NCBI GenBank assembly: GCA_017518185.1
Contig: JAFWWB010000037.1
Coordinates: forward strand, 13,486 to 77,485
DNA: 64,000 nucleotides
From: Lachnospiraceae bacterium
Lineage (GTDB): Bacteria; Bacillota; Clostridia; Lachnospirales; Lachnospiraceae
Direction: 5' to 3'
The notes under the pieces were generated by a model. It worked only from the letters and a program-made list of their open reading frames with translations, did no database searches and had not been told where the DNA came from. This document shows, in pieces, positions 27,295-36,439 of this stretch (the stretch's first letter is position 1; each line of letters starts with the position of its first letter). Made by a program: the position numbers and the translations under genes.

Positions 27295-28212
27295 TTAGTC
27301 CAGATCACTCACCTTTCCGAATGAGCTGTCAAAGCTTCCCGTCTGCTGAGGAGCGGCCGGCTGCTGGGCAGGTGCAGAAGCCTGCTGCACGGGCTGCTGG
27401 CCGTATGCCTGCTGGGGCATTCCGTATCCGCCCTGGGGTGCGCCGTAGCCGTACTGCTGTGCGTACTGCTGCTGGGCCATATACTGCTGCTGAACCTGCT
27501 GCTGGGCCGCAAGCTTCTTTGCTTTAGTCTCTTTACCTGTGATGATCCCGTAAAATATTGTAGCTGCTATCGCGGTCACCGGCGCAAGGATAAGGCCGAG
27601 ACCGGGAGTCAACAGTATATCTTCCAGGGATTCGTCATATCCCAGATCAAAAAGCAGCACCATAGCTCCTCCGCCCAGGAATACCAGTATGCTGTATACG
27701 AGATACGGCACCATTGCCGCCTTCTTATCAAAGATGACGAGCAGTACCGAGATAAGCGCAAAGAAGACTGTCACACCTATGGCCACATTAAAGACTGTAT
27801 TGATCGCATTAAAGACCATTATAGTCTCCTCATCAAAGGTGTCAAACATATAAATGCCTGCGTCCTCAAGTTTTTCTTCCCACTTTGAAAACTCGATGAG
27901 CTCTTTTATTATCCCCTTCATGCTGAATATGCTGTAGGAAGGACCGGCGATAAGATCCCTGATGTTCTTTGTCTGCTTCAGCAGCTCCTTCACGTCCTTT
28001 TCGGTTATGCCGCCCTCCTCTTCGATCATTTCCCAGTCATCTTCATCAGCTTCGTCAAGGATATACTCTCCCTCCTCGATGGAATCGTCGAGACTGTCCG
28101 TCAGTTCCTCGATCTCATCGGTTGCCACCACCTTGAACAGCGGTCCCGCCACCAGGCAGAACACCGATGCTGCCAGCAGGATGATCGTTACGATCTTCTT
28201 TACAATATTCAT
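27295..28212 (-). CDS. Membrane protein with an acidic loop and a Gln/Pro/Tyr-rich cytoplasmic tail
   Basis: About 4 hydrophobic helices; tail QQQVQQQYMAQQQYAQQYGYGAPQGG. Confidence 0.75.
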   Translation of the reverse strand: MNIVKKIVTIILLAASVFCLVAGPLFKVVATDEIEELTDSLDDSIEEGEYILDEADEDDWEMIEEEGGITEKDVKELLKQTKNIRDLIAGPSYSIFSMKGIIKELIEFSKWEEKLEDAGIYMFDTFDEETIMVFNAINTVFNVAIGVTVFFALISVLLVIFDKKAAMVPYLVYSILVFLGGGAMVLLFDLGYDESLEDILLTPGLGLILAPVTAIAATIFYGIITGKETKAKKLAAQQQVQQQYMAQQQYAQQYGYGAPQGGYGMPQQAYGQQPVQQASAPAQQPAAPQQTGSFDSSFGKVSDLD

Positions 28213-28247
28213 TATCTTCCTCCAAAAATTTTTGCCCCTGGCATCAA

Positions 28248-28276
28248 ATTATATAACCCATGATAAGGCGTGTCAA
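28248..28276 (-). promoter_or_regulatory. Consensus sigma-70 promoter for 27295-28212
   Basis: TTGACA-17-TATAAT, perfect consensus. Confidence 0.85.
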
Positions 28277-28282
28277 CCACAC

Positions 28283-28342
28283 AAAAAAACCAGGCAGCTT
28301 GTTCGACCGACCTTTAAGAGACGCAAGCTCCTGGTTTTTTTT
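28283..28342. terminator. Long hairpin flanked by A and T runs (bidirectional terminator-like)
   Basis: AAAAAAACCAGG(C)AGCTTG...CAAGCTCCTGGTTTTTTT. Confidence 0.7.
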
Positions 28343-28490
28343 GCATGTGACGGACTCGCAACGAAGGGTGCGGTGAAAAGAATGGGCGAACAGCCCCCGC
28401 TGCATGTGGATATCCCCGATCTAACCCTGTTATTGCCTTATCAGCATGCAGGAAATACTATACTCTTTCCTGCCTTCCGTACACGTAAAT

Positions 28491-28520
28491 GTAACTTTTT
28501 GCTACTTTGTCGTAACTTTT
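28491..28520 (-). promoter_or_regulatory. LytTR-type direct repeat (AAAAGTTAC twice, 21-bp period) upstream of a TATAGT -10
   Basis: GTAACTTTT at 28491 and 28512, with a partial GCTACTTT at 28501. Confidence 0.5.
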
Positions 28521-29227
28521 TGCAGCAATCCCTCGTAATAGCTCATGACCCTTCTGTTGTACGGCCTGCCCAGAGGCAGGTCCCTTCCGTCCTTAAGCCA
28601 GATATGACGGCTGTCAACAGCCTCCACAAAACGGGGATTGACGAGATAGGAATTGTGTATCCTGATAAAGCTGATATCACCGTCTGAAAGCTTAAGCTCC
28701 GCATCATCCATGCGCATATAGGTCTCGTAATCCCTGTTGCCTGTGCAGAAGATATAGAGTTTTCTGTCGAGATGATAAAGATAGATGATATCCTCCGTTG
28801 AAACGGAGATGAACCTGTGACCGCTGCGGAAGATGAACCTTCCGAGATCGCGGCAGTTAACGGTATGATCGAGAAAAAACTGGATCTCCGGGATCTTCAG
28901 AGGACGGACCAGACAGCCGGCCGGATGTGCCGTCACTATCCTTACGTCCGCCATCCTTCCCGGAGATATGAATACTATATCGGTTGTGTCATCAAAGCTT
29001 TTGATACTGAGGGCGGCATCTATCCCGTCCATACATCCCTCAGGCTGCATGTCCATAAAGACAAGATCCAGATGGCCCTTTAATTCCTGCTCAGCCAGCA
29101 GCTCCTGAGGATCACAGCAGAAGATGAATTCAAGCTCTAAGAACCGGCGCCGTTCCCAGCATTCTGCGGCGGAGCCGATCTCCTCCAGTAGTGCAGGCAT
29201 ACCCGCGCAGGCACCTATCCTTATCAT
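28502..29227 (-). CDS. LytTR response regulator with a degenerate receiver domain
   Basis: DLVFMDM, DGIDAA, C-terminal FIRIHNSYLVN; start reassigned to 29227. Confidence 0.85.
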   Translation of the reverse strand: MIRIGACAGMPALLEEIGSAAECWERRRFLELEFIFCCDPQELLAEQELKGHLDLVFMDMQPEGCMDGIDAALSIKSFDDTTDIVFISPGRMADVRIVTAHPAGCLVRPLKIPEIQFFLDHTVNCRDLGRFIFRSGHRFISVSTEDIIYLYHLDRKLYIFCTGNRDYETYMRMDDAELKLSDGDISFIRIHNSYLVNPRFVEAVDSRHIWLKDGRDLPLGRPYNRRVMSYYEGLLQKVTTK

Positions 29228-29290
29228 TCCCCTCCCCCAACAGAGCAATGAATACAGAGTGCCGGTTATCGGTATGCAGGAGAATCGGAA

Positions 29291-29629
29291 TCAGGATCTT
29301 CGAAGCTTTTTAAACATCAGGATATAGTCAAGAAATACCTTTTTTTCTTTTTCATCGCTTTCTTTCAGTATCTCCATTACCGCCAGGGGGATTTCCCCCT
29401 CCGGTGCGGTTTCCTTTCCGAACACGATAAAATCAAGGCCGGCATCGAGTACCCGGGACAGTTCCACCAGCTTTTCCAGTGATATCCCCGTGATCCCTCT
29501 CTCGATCTCGCCAACATGCTTAACACTGACATCAAGCTCCTCTGCAAGTTTTTCCTGGGTGATATTGCGCAAATTCCGGAGCTGTGAGATCCGCAGCCCC
29601 ATGTCGGTATAAAAATCCGCTGTCATCAT
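29291..29629 (-). CDS. XRE-family HTH regulator
   Basis: LRNLRNITQEKLAEELDVSVKHVGEIERG. Confidence 0.9.
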   Translation of the reverse strand: MMTADFYTDMGLRISQLRNLRNITQEKLAEELDVSVKHVGEIERGITGISLEKLVELSRVLDAGLDFIVFGKETAPEGEIPLAVMEILKESDEKEKKVFLDYILMFKKLRRS

Positions 29630-29744
29630 TTCCGATAAATCCCCTGTAGAATCTCAGATCATTACGAAAATGATTATAAACGCCTGTACCAACGGGGATA
29701 CAGAACCCCATAAGTGGTATGTAAACCACCTCCGGGGTTGGGTC

Positions 29745-31073
29745 CTACTCTCCGTTCTTTATTTTTTTGAAATGCTCCTTTATCTTCTTCTCATAGCCCA
29801 TATCCGAGGGGCGGTAGAACTGCTCGCCCTCCAGCTCATCGGGAAGATACTGCTGCCTGACATAGTGGTTGGGAAAATCGTGAGCATATTTATACCCTGT
29901 GCCGTAGCCCAGTGCCTTTGCCCCCTTATAATGGGCATCGCAGAGATGGGGAGGAACGTTCAGGTTACCGGTCTTTTTTACAGCATCCGTAGCTTCGAAA
30001 ATGGCATTTACCGCCGAATTGCTCTTGGGCGCGCAGGCCACATAGCTGGCTGCCTGTGAGAGTATTATCTGTGCCTCCGGCATGCCTACCCGATCCACGG
30101 CCTCCGCCGCGCTCACGGCCACGATAAGTGCCTGGGGATCCGCATTTCCCACATCCTCGGCGGCGCAGATCATTATCCTTCTTGCTATGAAGCTGACGCT
30201 CTCCCCTGAATACAGCATGCGTGCCAGATAATAGACAGCCGCATCGGGATCCGACCCCCTCATGCTCTTTATGAAGGCCGAGATAACGTTATAGTGGTTA
30301 TCCCCGTCCTTGTCAAAACGCATGACCCTGCGCTGTATGCAGTCCTGCATGACCTCAAGGGTAAGATGTATTTTTCCGTCCTCTCCGGCAGCGGTAGTGA
30401 GCACAGCCAGTTCTATCGCGTTAAGGGCCCTTCTGGCATCACCGTCGGCCTGCTCCGCCAGGAATCCTGCCGCTTCCTCATCTATGACGGCCCCGTAGGA
30501 ACCCATGCCTCTTTCCTTATCGTAGACCGCTCTTTCTATGAGTGCCAGTATATCCTCCTTTGAAAGGGGCTCCAGCCTGAAGATGCTCGAACGTGATACG
30601 AGCGCTCCGTTCACCTCGAAATAGGGGTTCTCCGTGGTAGCTCCGATGAGCACTATGGTCCCGTCCTCCACATAGGGCAGCAGATAGTCCTGCTGGGCTT
30701 TGTTAAAGCGGTGGATCTCGTCGATGAAGAGTATGGTCCGGCGGTCATACATCGCCTTCTCTTTCTTCGCATTCTCCACCACCTCCTCCATATCCTTTTT
30801 GCCGGAGACCGTAGCGTTGATCTGCCTGAAGGCTGCGCTGGTGGTATTGGCTATGACCCTGGCCAGGGTTGTCTTTCCCGTTCCCGGAGGCCCGTAAAAT
30901 ATCAGCGAACCAAGCCTGTCAGCCTTGATAGCCCGGTAGAGCAGCTTGTCCTTCCCTATGATATGCGACTGTCCGACTACCTCATCTATGGTCTTCGGCC
31001 GCATCCTCGCCGCCAGCGGCGATTCATCACCGGCCTTCTCCTGCATAAATGAGAATATATCCATGTTATCCAA
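29745..31073 (-). CDS. rarA: Replication-associated recombination protein A (RarA/MgsA)
   Basis: PLAARMRP, GPPGTGKT, FIDEIHRFNKAQQD, FIKSMRGSDPDAA. Confidence 0.95.
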   Translation of the reverse strand: MDNMDIFSFMQEKAGDESPLAARMRPKTIDEVVGQSHIIGKDKLLYRAIKADRLGSLIFYGPPGTGKTTLARVIANTTSAAFRQINATVSGKKDMEEVVENAKKEKAMYDRRTILFIDEIHRFNKAQQDYLLPYVEDGTIVLIGATTENPYFEVNGALVSRSSIFRLEPLSKEDILALIERAVYDKERGMGSYGAVIDEEAAGFLAEQADGDARRALNAIELAVLTTAAGEDGKIHLTLEVMQDCIQRRVMRFDKDGDNHYNVISAFIKSMRGSDPDAAVYYLARMLYSGESVSFIARRIMICAAEDVGNADPQALIVAVSAAEAVDRVGMPEAQIILSQAASYVACAPKSNSAVNAIFEATDAVKKTGNLNVPPHLCDAHYKGAKALGYGTGYKYAHDFPNHYVRQQYLPDELEGEQFYRPSDMGYEKKIKEHFKKIKNGE

Positions 31074-31085
31074 AACCGATCCTCC

Positions 31086-33443
31086 TCAGCTTTCGTAGAA
31101 GGAAATACATTCTTCTATCACCCTGGGCAGACCACCCTTTTCTTTCCGTATCCTGTCATATTTCATATGCGCCAGCTTCTTTTTCCTGGCCGCAAGGTTT
31201 TCATGCCGCCTTACCAGATCAGCGTACATCGGATTGCACTCAAGCCTTTTTCTGATCTCTGCCGAAAAAGGACAGTAGGTAAAGAGTATGCGCTTTGCCA
31301 CCTTGTTGAGTCTGGGCGACCCCTGGGCTTCGGAACGTATCCACTGTACATAATCCAGAACGAACACGTTCTCATAACTGTTCTTGCAGGCCAGAAGCTC
31401 CGACTTCAGCTTCTCCCTGGCCTCCGGTGAAAGATCCCGGTTCTTTTTGTAAAACTGTATGTAATCCCAGTACTCCGAGGTGAGTGAAGGATCCGAGACA
31501 TCGTTCCATCTTGCTCCCTGCACCCTTCTGCAGATCTGCCAGCGGAACTGTCCCGCCATGCGCAGCTGCTGCACCGCCACATCCTCCGAAGAAAAGATGG
31601 GGAGGAACATGCGTCCGGGCGTATCCCTTCTGAGTCCGGATATCTCCTGCCAGAGTCCGCCCCTGCTGCCTATCATGGGAAGCAGTATCACCTCCGGCAT
31701 CACCTCCATGAGCACCGTCTCTTTGGGGATCCCGTACTCGCTGTTTGAATACAGTGCTTCCCTGAAGAAGAGTGAAAAGTCCGTCTTTTTAATGGTCTCC
31801 CAGTTGCACATTACCATCGATGGCGTAACGAAGGTCTGCTCAAGGGAACGGATGATATTATGCTCCGAGAGCACGGGGCAGAATACCGCCGGCCTGCCGG
31901 ATGCTATGCGCATGCTCAGGTGGAAGAAATTGTCCAGCTCAAAGCGCATCCGCTCTCTGGGGGAGTTCAGATATCTCTGCTCCTGCTCCTCAGTGATATC
32001 CCCGGTCAGCCTCCTGGATTTGAGCCACGCGGGATAATCCTGCTCAAACTCGTTCCTGGAGGGCTCAGTCTCTCCGTTATATACCGCGGCCAGCCACTCA
32101 TCGATGAGCATGACATGCCGCTTTTCTCCCTTTTTACGGTTTTCCCTGTCGCTGTCTATACGTTCCAGGAGATGTAACAGCTGGAGCGCGTTTTCCCTGC
32201 CCACCAGCTCCTCATCCATATATCCGAAATAAAGGAAAAGCCGCACCGGCACAGGCGGTGTGTTCCACTCCTCCATCGAGGCAATGGCCGCGCTCTCATA
32301 CAGGTCAAAAAAGCCCTTGGTGATGTCCTTGCGCAGTTTTCTCGTCTCATCGTCGGAGGCATTCCTGTCGTTGACCTGCTTATAACGGCTTATCAGCTCC
32401 CTGAAGCGTTCCTCCTCACCCTCATCCAGTTCCGTATAGGCCAGGATACGGTCAAGGGAGCCTCTGAGCACCTCCAGGGGATCCTTCTCTGCGGCTTCCG
32501 CTGCGGGACTGACCGGATTGTCAAGCTCCGCAGTGCTGTTCTCCTCCCCCTCCGGAAGCGTTTCCTCTATCTGCTTCTTTGTTGCCGCCGGTGCCGAAGA
32601 TGCGGCATTCTCGTAGCGCTGCCTTCTCTCTTCTATAAGCTCCTTCGGCAGGAGTTCCAGTTTGGAAACAGCCGCTTCGTATTCCTCCACGGCCTTATCC
32701 GTTTCGGCAGCCAGCTTTCCTCCCGTGTCGTCACGAAGCCTCAAGTTCAGGTAAAGATCGAACAGGTCTGCAGAGCTTCCGTAAGCCTCAGTCACTTCAA
32801 AGATATAGGCGCCAAGCTCGTCAAAGAGCTGCTTTATGAGCTGTATATGGCCCACGGCCTCCAGCAGGGCCGCTGTGGTAAGGCTGGTATGGGTGGAATA
32901 AAAAGCCTTCCTCACGTCGCCCGGCATGATCCCCAGCTGGTCGTAGTAGTCTCCCAGCCAGTCCGGCAGTTCCCGCTCGGGCTGATAGGGCTCCAGCTCT
33001 TCAGCCAGACGCCAGGGCTGTATCTGCAGACCGTTCTCACTGCAGAGGCTCCTGTAATCGGCATAGCCCTTTTTTATGAGCCTGACCAGGGTATCCGCCC
33101 TGCGCCGCCTTCTCTTGTAATGTCCGAGAACGGAAAGAGCCAGGGCTGCGTTCGCCGCCACCAGCACATCACATTCATCAGCCCTGTCCCTGACGATGGG
33201 ATCCACATCCGATTTTCTCCTGAAGGGATAGCTTTCAGTGGTGCAGGTCTCCCTTGCGATATATGTATAGCTGTAGTTTTCTCCGGGATACTCAAAAAGT
33301 CCCAGTATGCTCCCCCGGCCCGCCGTTATATGGTAATCCTTCGAGATTATCTCCACCTTGCCTGAGGTGACAAGCTCCAGCATCTCTACCCGGTCGGCTT
33401 CTGTATGTATCACCGTGCCTGTATTATGAACGACCGCTTCCAT
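31086..33443 (-). CDS. Conserved hypothetical protein with a possible N-terminal cyclic-nucleotide-binding-like domain
   Basis: N-terminal LELVTSGKVEI...GSILGLFE...YTYIARE resembles a cNMP beta-roll; the rest is helical. Confidence 0.65.
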   Translation of the reverse strand: MEAVVHNTGTVIHTEADRVEMLELVTSGKVEIISKDYHITAGRGSILGLFEYPGENYSYTYIARETCTTESYPFRRKSDVDPIVRDRADECDVLVAANAALALSVLGHYKRRRRRADTLVRLIKKGYADYRSLCSENGLQIQPWRLAEELEPYQPERELPDWLGDYYDQLGIMPGDVRKAFYSTHTSLTTAALLEAVGHIQLIKQLFDELGAYIFEVTEAYGSSADLFDLYLNLRLRDDTGGKLAAETDKAVEEYEAAVSKLELLPKELIEERRQRYENAASSAPAATKKQIEETLPEGEENSTAELDNPVSPAAEAAEKDPLEVLRGSLDRILAYTELDEGEEERFRELISRYKQVNDRNASDDETRKLRKDITKGFFDLYESAAIASMEEWNTPPVPVRLFLYFGYMDEELVGRENALQLLHLLERIDSDRENRKKGEKRHVMLIDEWLAAVYNGETEPSRNEFEQDYPAWLKSRRLTGDITEEQEQRYLNSPRERMRFELDNFFHLSMRIASGRPAVFCPVLSEHNIIRSLEQTFVTPSMVMCNWETIKKTDFSLFFREALYSNSEYGIPKETVLMEVMPEVILLPMIGSRGGLWQEISGLRRDTPGRMFLPIFSSEDVAVQQLRMAGQFRWQICRRVQGARWNDVSDPSLTSEYWDYIQFYKKNRDLSPEAREKLKSELLACKNSYENVFVLDYVQWIRSEAQGSPRLNKVAKRILFTYCPFSAEIRKRLECNPMYADLVRRHENLAARKKKLAHMKYDRIRKEKGGLPRVIEECISFYES

Positions 33444-33458
33444 AAGTCCCCTCCGATA

Positions 33459-34424
33459 TCATCCCACCGGGAAATACAGTTTTCCCTGATATGATCCTCT
33501 TGCATCCATGCGCGCATGCAGCATGTTGAGCACCCGCTTCTTGTCCCTGCTCCACATAGGCGCGATCATTAAGTCCGCCGGTCCGTCACCGGTGACCCTG
33601 TGGATCACCACCTCGGGATCTATGCGCTCCAGGCAGCCTATGACCAGCTCCACGTATTCCTCAAGCGTGAGCACATCAAAGTTTCTTGCTTCATAGTCCG
33701 CAGCCAGATCGGTGCCCCTGAGCACGTGCAGCAGCTGCAGCTTTATCCCGAACACCCGGAAAGTGTTCAGGTATTCTATTGTTGAATACATAAGCTCCGC
33801 CGTCTCTCCCGGCAGTCCCAGTATCACGTGGACTATCACCGGGATCTGGAGGTCCGAAAGCTTGTGCACCGCGTCCTCAAATACGGAGGTCTCGTAGCCC
33901 CTCCTTATGTACTTTACCGTTTTTCTGTGTATGGTCTGAAGCCCTAGTTCTACCCAGAGCAGCTTCTCGGGATATGCAGCCTTCAGATCCTTCAGCACCC
34001 TCATGATCTCATCCGGGAGGCAGTCCGGCCTGGTAGCGATGGACAGTCCCGCAACCCGCTCGTCCGAGAGCAGGGAATGATAGAGCCTTTCGAGCCTCTC
34101 CGTATCCCCGTAGGTATTGGAATAAGGCTGCAGATAGGCTATGCAGTGGCTGCCGTTATACTTGTCCGCGATGAGTTTGAGCCCTGCCTCCAGCTGCGCT
34201 TCCACATCGGGACTTCCGTCCTCCTTTAACGCAAAGGAAGCCGCAAACTCCCCGCTCCCTCCTTCGGAGCAGAAGATGCAGCCTCTTGTGTCCAGCGTCC
34301 CGTCCCTTACGGGACAGGTGCAGCCGGCGTTCAGCGCGACCTTGTAGATCTTTCGGCCGAACATGCTCTTAAGATAATGATCCAGCGAGTAATAGGGCTT
34401 ATCGCCCCAGCGGCGTTGTTCCAT
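33459..34424 (-). CDS. TIGR01212-family radical SAM protein (YhcC/YtqA-like)
   Basis: CPVRDG...GCIFCS, IATRPDC, VELGLQT, HRVTGD. Confidence 0.92.
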   Translation of the reverse strand: MEQRRWGDKPYYSLDHYLKSMFGRKIYKVALNAGCTCPVRDGTLDTRGCIFCSEGGSGEFAASFALKEDGSPDVEAQLEAGLKLIADKYNGSHCIAYLQPYSNTYGDTERLERLYHSLLSDERVAGLSIATRPDCLPDEIMRVLKDLKAAYPEKLLWVELGLQTIHRKTVKYIRRGYETSVFEDAVHKLSDLQIPVIVHVILGLPGETAELMYSTIEYLNTFRVFGIKLQLLHVLRGTDLAADYEARNFDVLTLEEYVELVIGCLERIDPEVVIHRVTGDGPADLMIAPMWSRDKKRVLNMLHARMDARGSYQGKLYFPVG

Positions 34425-34427
34425 GCT

Positions 34428-35891
34428 TTAATAGAATCGTGTCTTCTGTACCATGTTTACAAATTCCCTGTTGTTGCTGGTGCGGGTGAACATATCTATG
34501 ATCTTATCCACCGAATCATCGGGCCTTACGCCGTTAATGGCCTTACGTATGGTGCTCATGGCTTCCTGCTCCTCGGGTGTGAGCAGCAGATCCTCACGTC
34601 TTGTACTGGATTTGGGTATGTCGATCGCAGGGAAGATCCTGCGCTCGGAAAGCTTGCGGTCGAGCACCAGCTCCATATTGCCGGTACCCTTGAACTCCTC
34701 GTATACCACGTCGTCCATCTTGCTTCCCGTATCCACCAGCGCAGTAGCCAGTATGGTCAGGCTGCCGCCTTCACGCATGTTTCTCGCGGCGCCGAAGAAC
34801 CTCTTGGGAGGATGCATAGCCGCCGGATCAAGACCGCCGGAAAGCGTTCTTCCGCTGGGGGGGACCACCTGGTTGTAGGCTCTGGTGAGCCTTGTTATGG
34901 AATCCAGCAGGATGATAACGTCCTTCTTATATTCCACCAGTCTCCTGGCGCGCTCCACCACCATCTCGGCTACGCGCTTGTGATGCTCGGGAGTCTCATC
35001 GAAGGTGGAATAAATGATCTCCACTCCGTTTCCTCCGACCTCTTCCTTCATGTCCGTTACTTCCTCGGGGCGCTCGTCGATGAGCAGTATGATCATATGC
35101 ATCTCGGGATGGTTGAGCTTTATGGACTTTGCCACATCCTTGAGCAGTGTCGTCTTACCTGCCTTGGGCTGGGAGACGATCATACCTCTCTGTCCCTTTC
35201 CGATAGGGCTTATAAGATCCATGATGCGCATGGAGACCGGAGCCCCGGGCCTCTCAAGATGTATCTTGGAATTGGGGAAGACCGGTGTCATCTGCTCGAA
35301 ATTGTATCTCTTTAAGGTATCCTCCGGTGAATGACCGTTCACGGAAGTAAGATATAAAAGAGCTGCGAATTTTTCTTTTTCAGTCTTTATCCTGGTATGG
35401 CCCTCAAGTATATCGCCTGTCTTCAGATTGAAACGGCGGATCTGTGTGGGAGCCACATAGATGTCTGCGTTGCCGGGAAGATAATTGCCGCTGCGGATAA
35501 ATCCGAAACCGTCCTGCATTACCTCCAGTATGCCGCTGACCACCTGGCCGCTGTCCAGCTCCTTGATGGCCTCTTCATCAAGCTGCTCCGGCTCTATACG
35601 CTTCTTCTCGCCGTTCTCTTCGCCGGGCTTTTTGAATATAGGCGCTGTGGCATAAGGTATCTTCTTTGAGGGATCCGAAGGAGCTGCTGCCGCTTTGTGG
35701 CTCTCATTCTTTTCGGGCTCCTCGGGCTTTTCTGCGGGAGCTGCTGCGCTCTCCTCTTCATCCTTCCGGACCATGGCCTCCACCAGGTCGGCCTTTTTCA
35801 TCGCGGACACACCTTTAATGCCCCTGAATTTAGCCATTTCCTTAAGATCGACCAGGGAAATAGTCTCATAACGTTCACGCATATTTGCCAT
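34428..35891 (-). CDS. rho: Transcription termination factor Rho
   Basis: DGFGFIR, PIGKGQR, PKAGKT, LIDERPEEVTD, FFGAARN; start 35891 follows AGGAGG. Confidence 0.97.
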   Translation of the reverse strand: MANMRERYETISLVDLKEMAKFRGIKGVSAMKKADLVEAMVRKDEEESAAAPAEKPEEPEKNESHKAAAAPSDPSKKIPYATAPIFKKPGEENGEKKRIEPEQLDEEAIKELDSGQVVSGILEVMQDGFGFIRSGNYLPGNADIYVAPTQIRRFNLKTGDILEGHTRIKTEKEKFAALLYLTSVNGHSPEDTLKRYNFEQMTPVFPNSKIHLERPGAPVSMRIMDLISPIGKGQRGMIVSQPKAGKTTLLKDVAKSIKLNHPEMHMIILLIDERPEEVTDMKEEVGGNGVEIIYSTFDETPEHHKRVAEMVVERARRLVEYKKDVIILLDSITRLTRAYNQVVPPSGRTLSGGLDPAAMHPPKRFFGAARNMREGGSLTILATALVDTGSKMDDVVYEEFKGTGNMELVLDRKLSERRIFPAIDIPKSSTRREDLLLTPEEQEAMSTIRKAINGVRPDDSVDKIIDMFTRTSNNREFVNMVQKTRFY

Positions 35892-36073
35892 GCTCATTCC
35901 TCCTTACGCATGTATGAAACGATTATATATGTACGGGGTTAGATCGGACGCTACATCAAGAATTTTTTCTGATACAATGTCTTTACACCTGCAAGGCGAT
36001 TATACTACAGGATAATTTGATTTGTAAAGAGAAAAAAATGAGGACAGGTTATGATCCTGTCCTCAGAAAAAAC

Positions 36074-36406
36074 AAGAGGGACTGTAAGCCGGGTTCTGTC
36101 TCGGATGATCATCTATCTATGCCCTGCGTTGCCGCAGGGCTAAAGCGGCCTACCCGGGAGCCCGCCGGGCCAACGCATCGCTCCCGTATTTGGCCTTGCT
36201 TCGGATGGGGTTTACATGTGCCTCCCGCATCACTGCGGAAGCGGTGGTCTCTTACACCGCCATTTCACCCTTACCTCTTTCGAGGCGGTATCATTTCTGC
36301 TGCACTTTCCTTGGAGTCGCCTCCACCGGACGTTATCCGGCATCCTGCCCTGTGAAGCCCGGACTTTCCTCGTGCGCCGAAGCGCCCGCGATCATCTGTC
36401 CCTCTT
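36074..36406 (-). ncRNA. rnpB: RNase P RNA (type A)
   Basis: Minus strand contains GAGGAAAGTCCGGGC near the 5' end and ACAGAACCCGGCTTA near the 3' end; P1 pairing GAGGGAC/GTCCCTC. Confidence 0.95.
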
Positions 36407-36439
36407 GAATATTAAACTATAGCGCTTTCCCTTTGCGCC

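Noticed and set aside
35934-35950. 12-mer GGGTTAGATCGG complementary between the candidate sRNA (about 28415) and the rho upstream region
   Set aside because: Hundreds of 12-mer matches are expected by chance in 64 kb on two strands, and the site lies upstream of the likely rho -10
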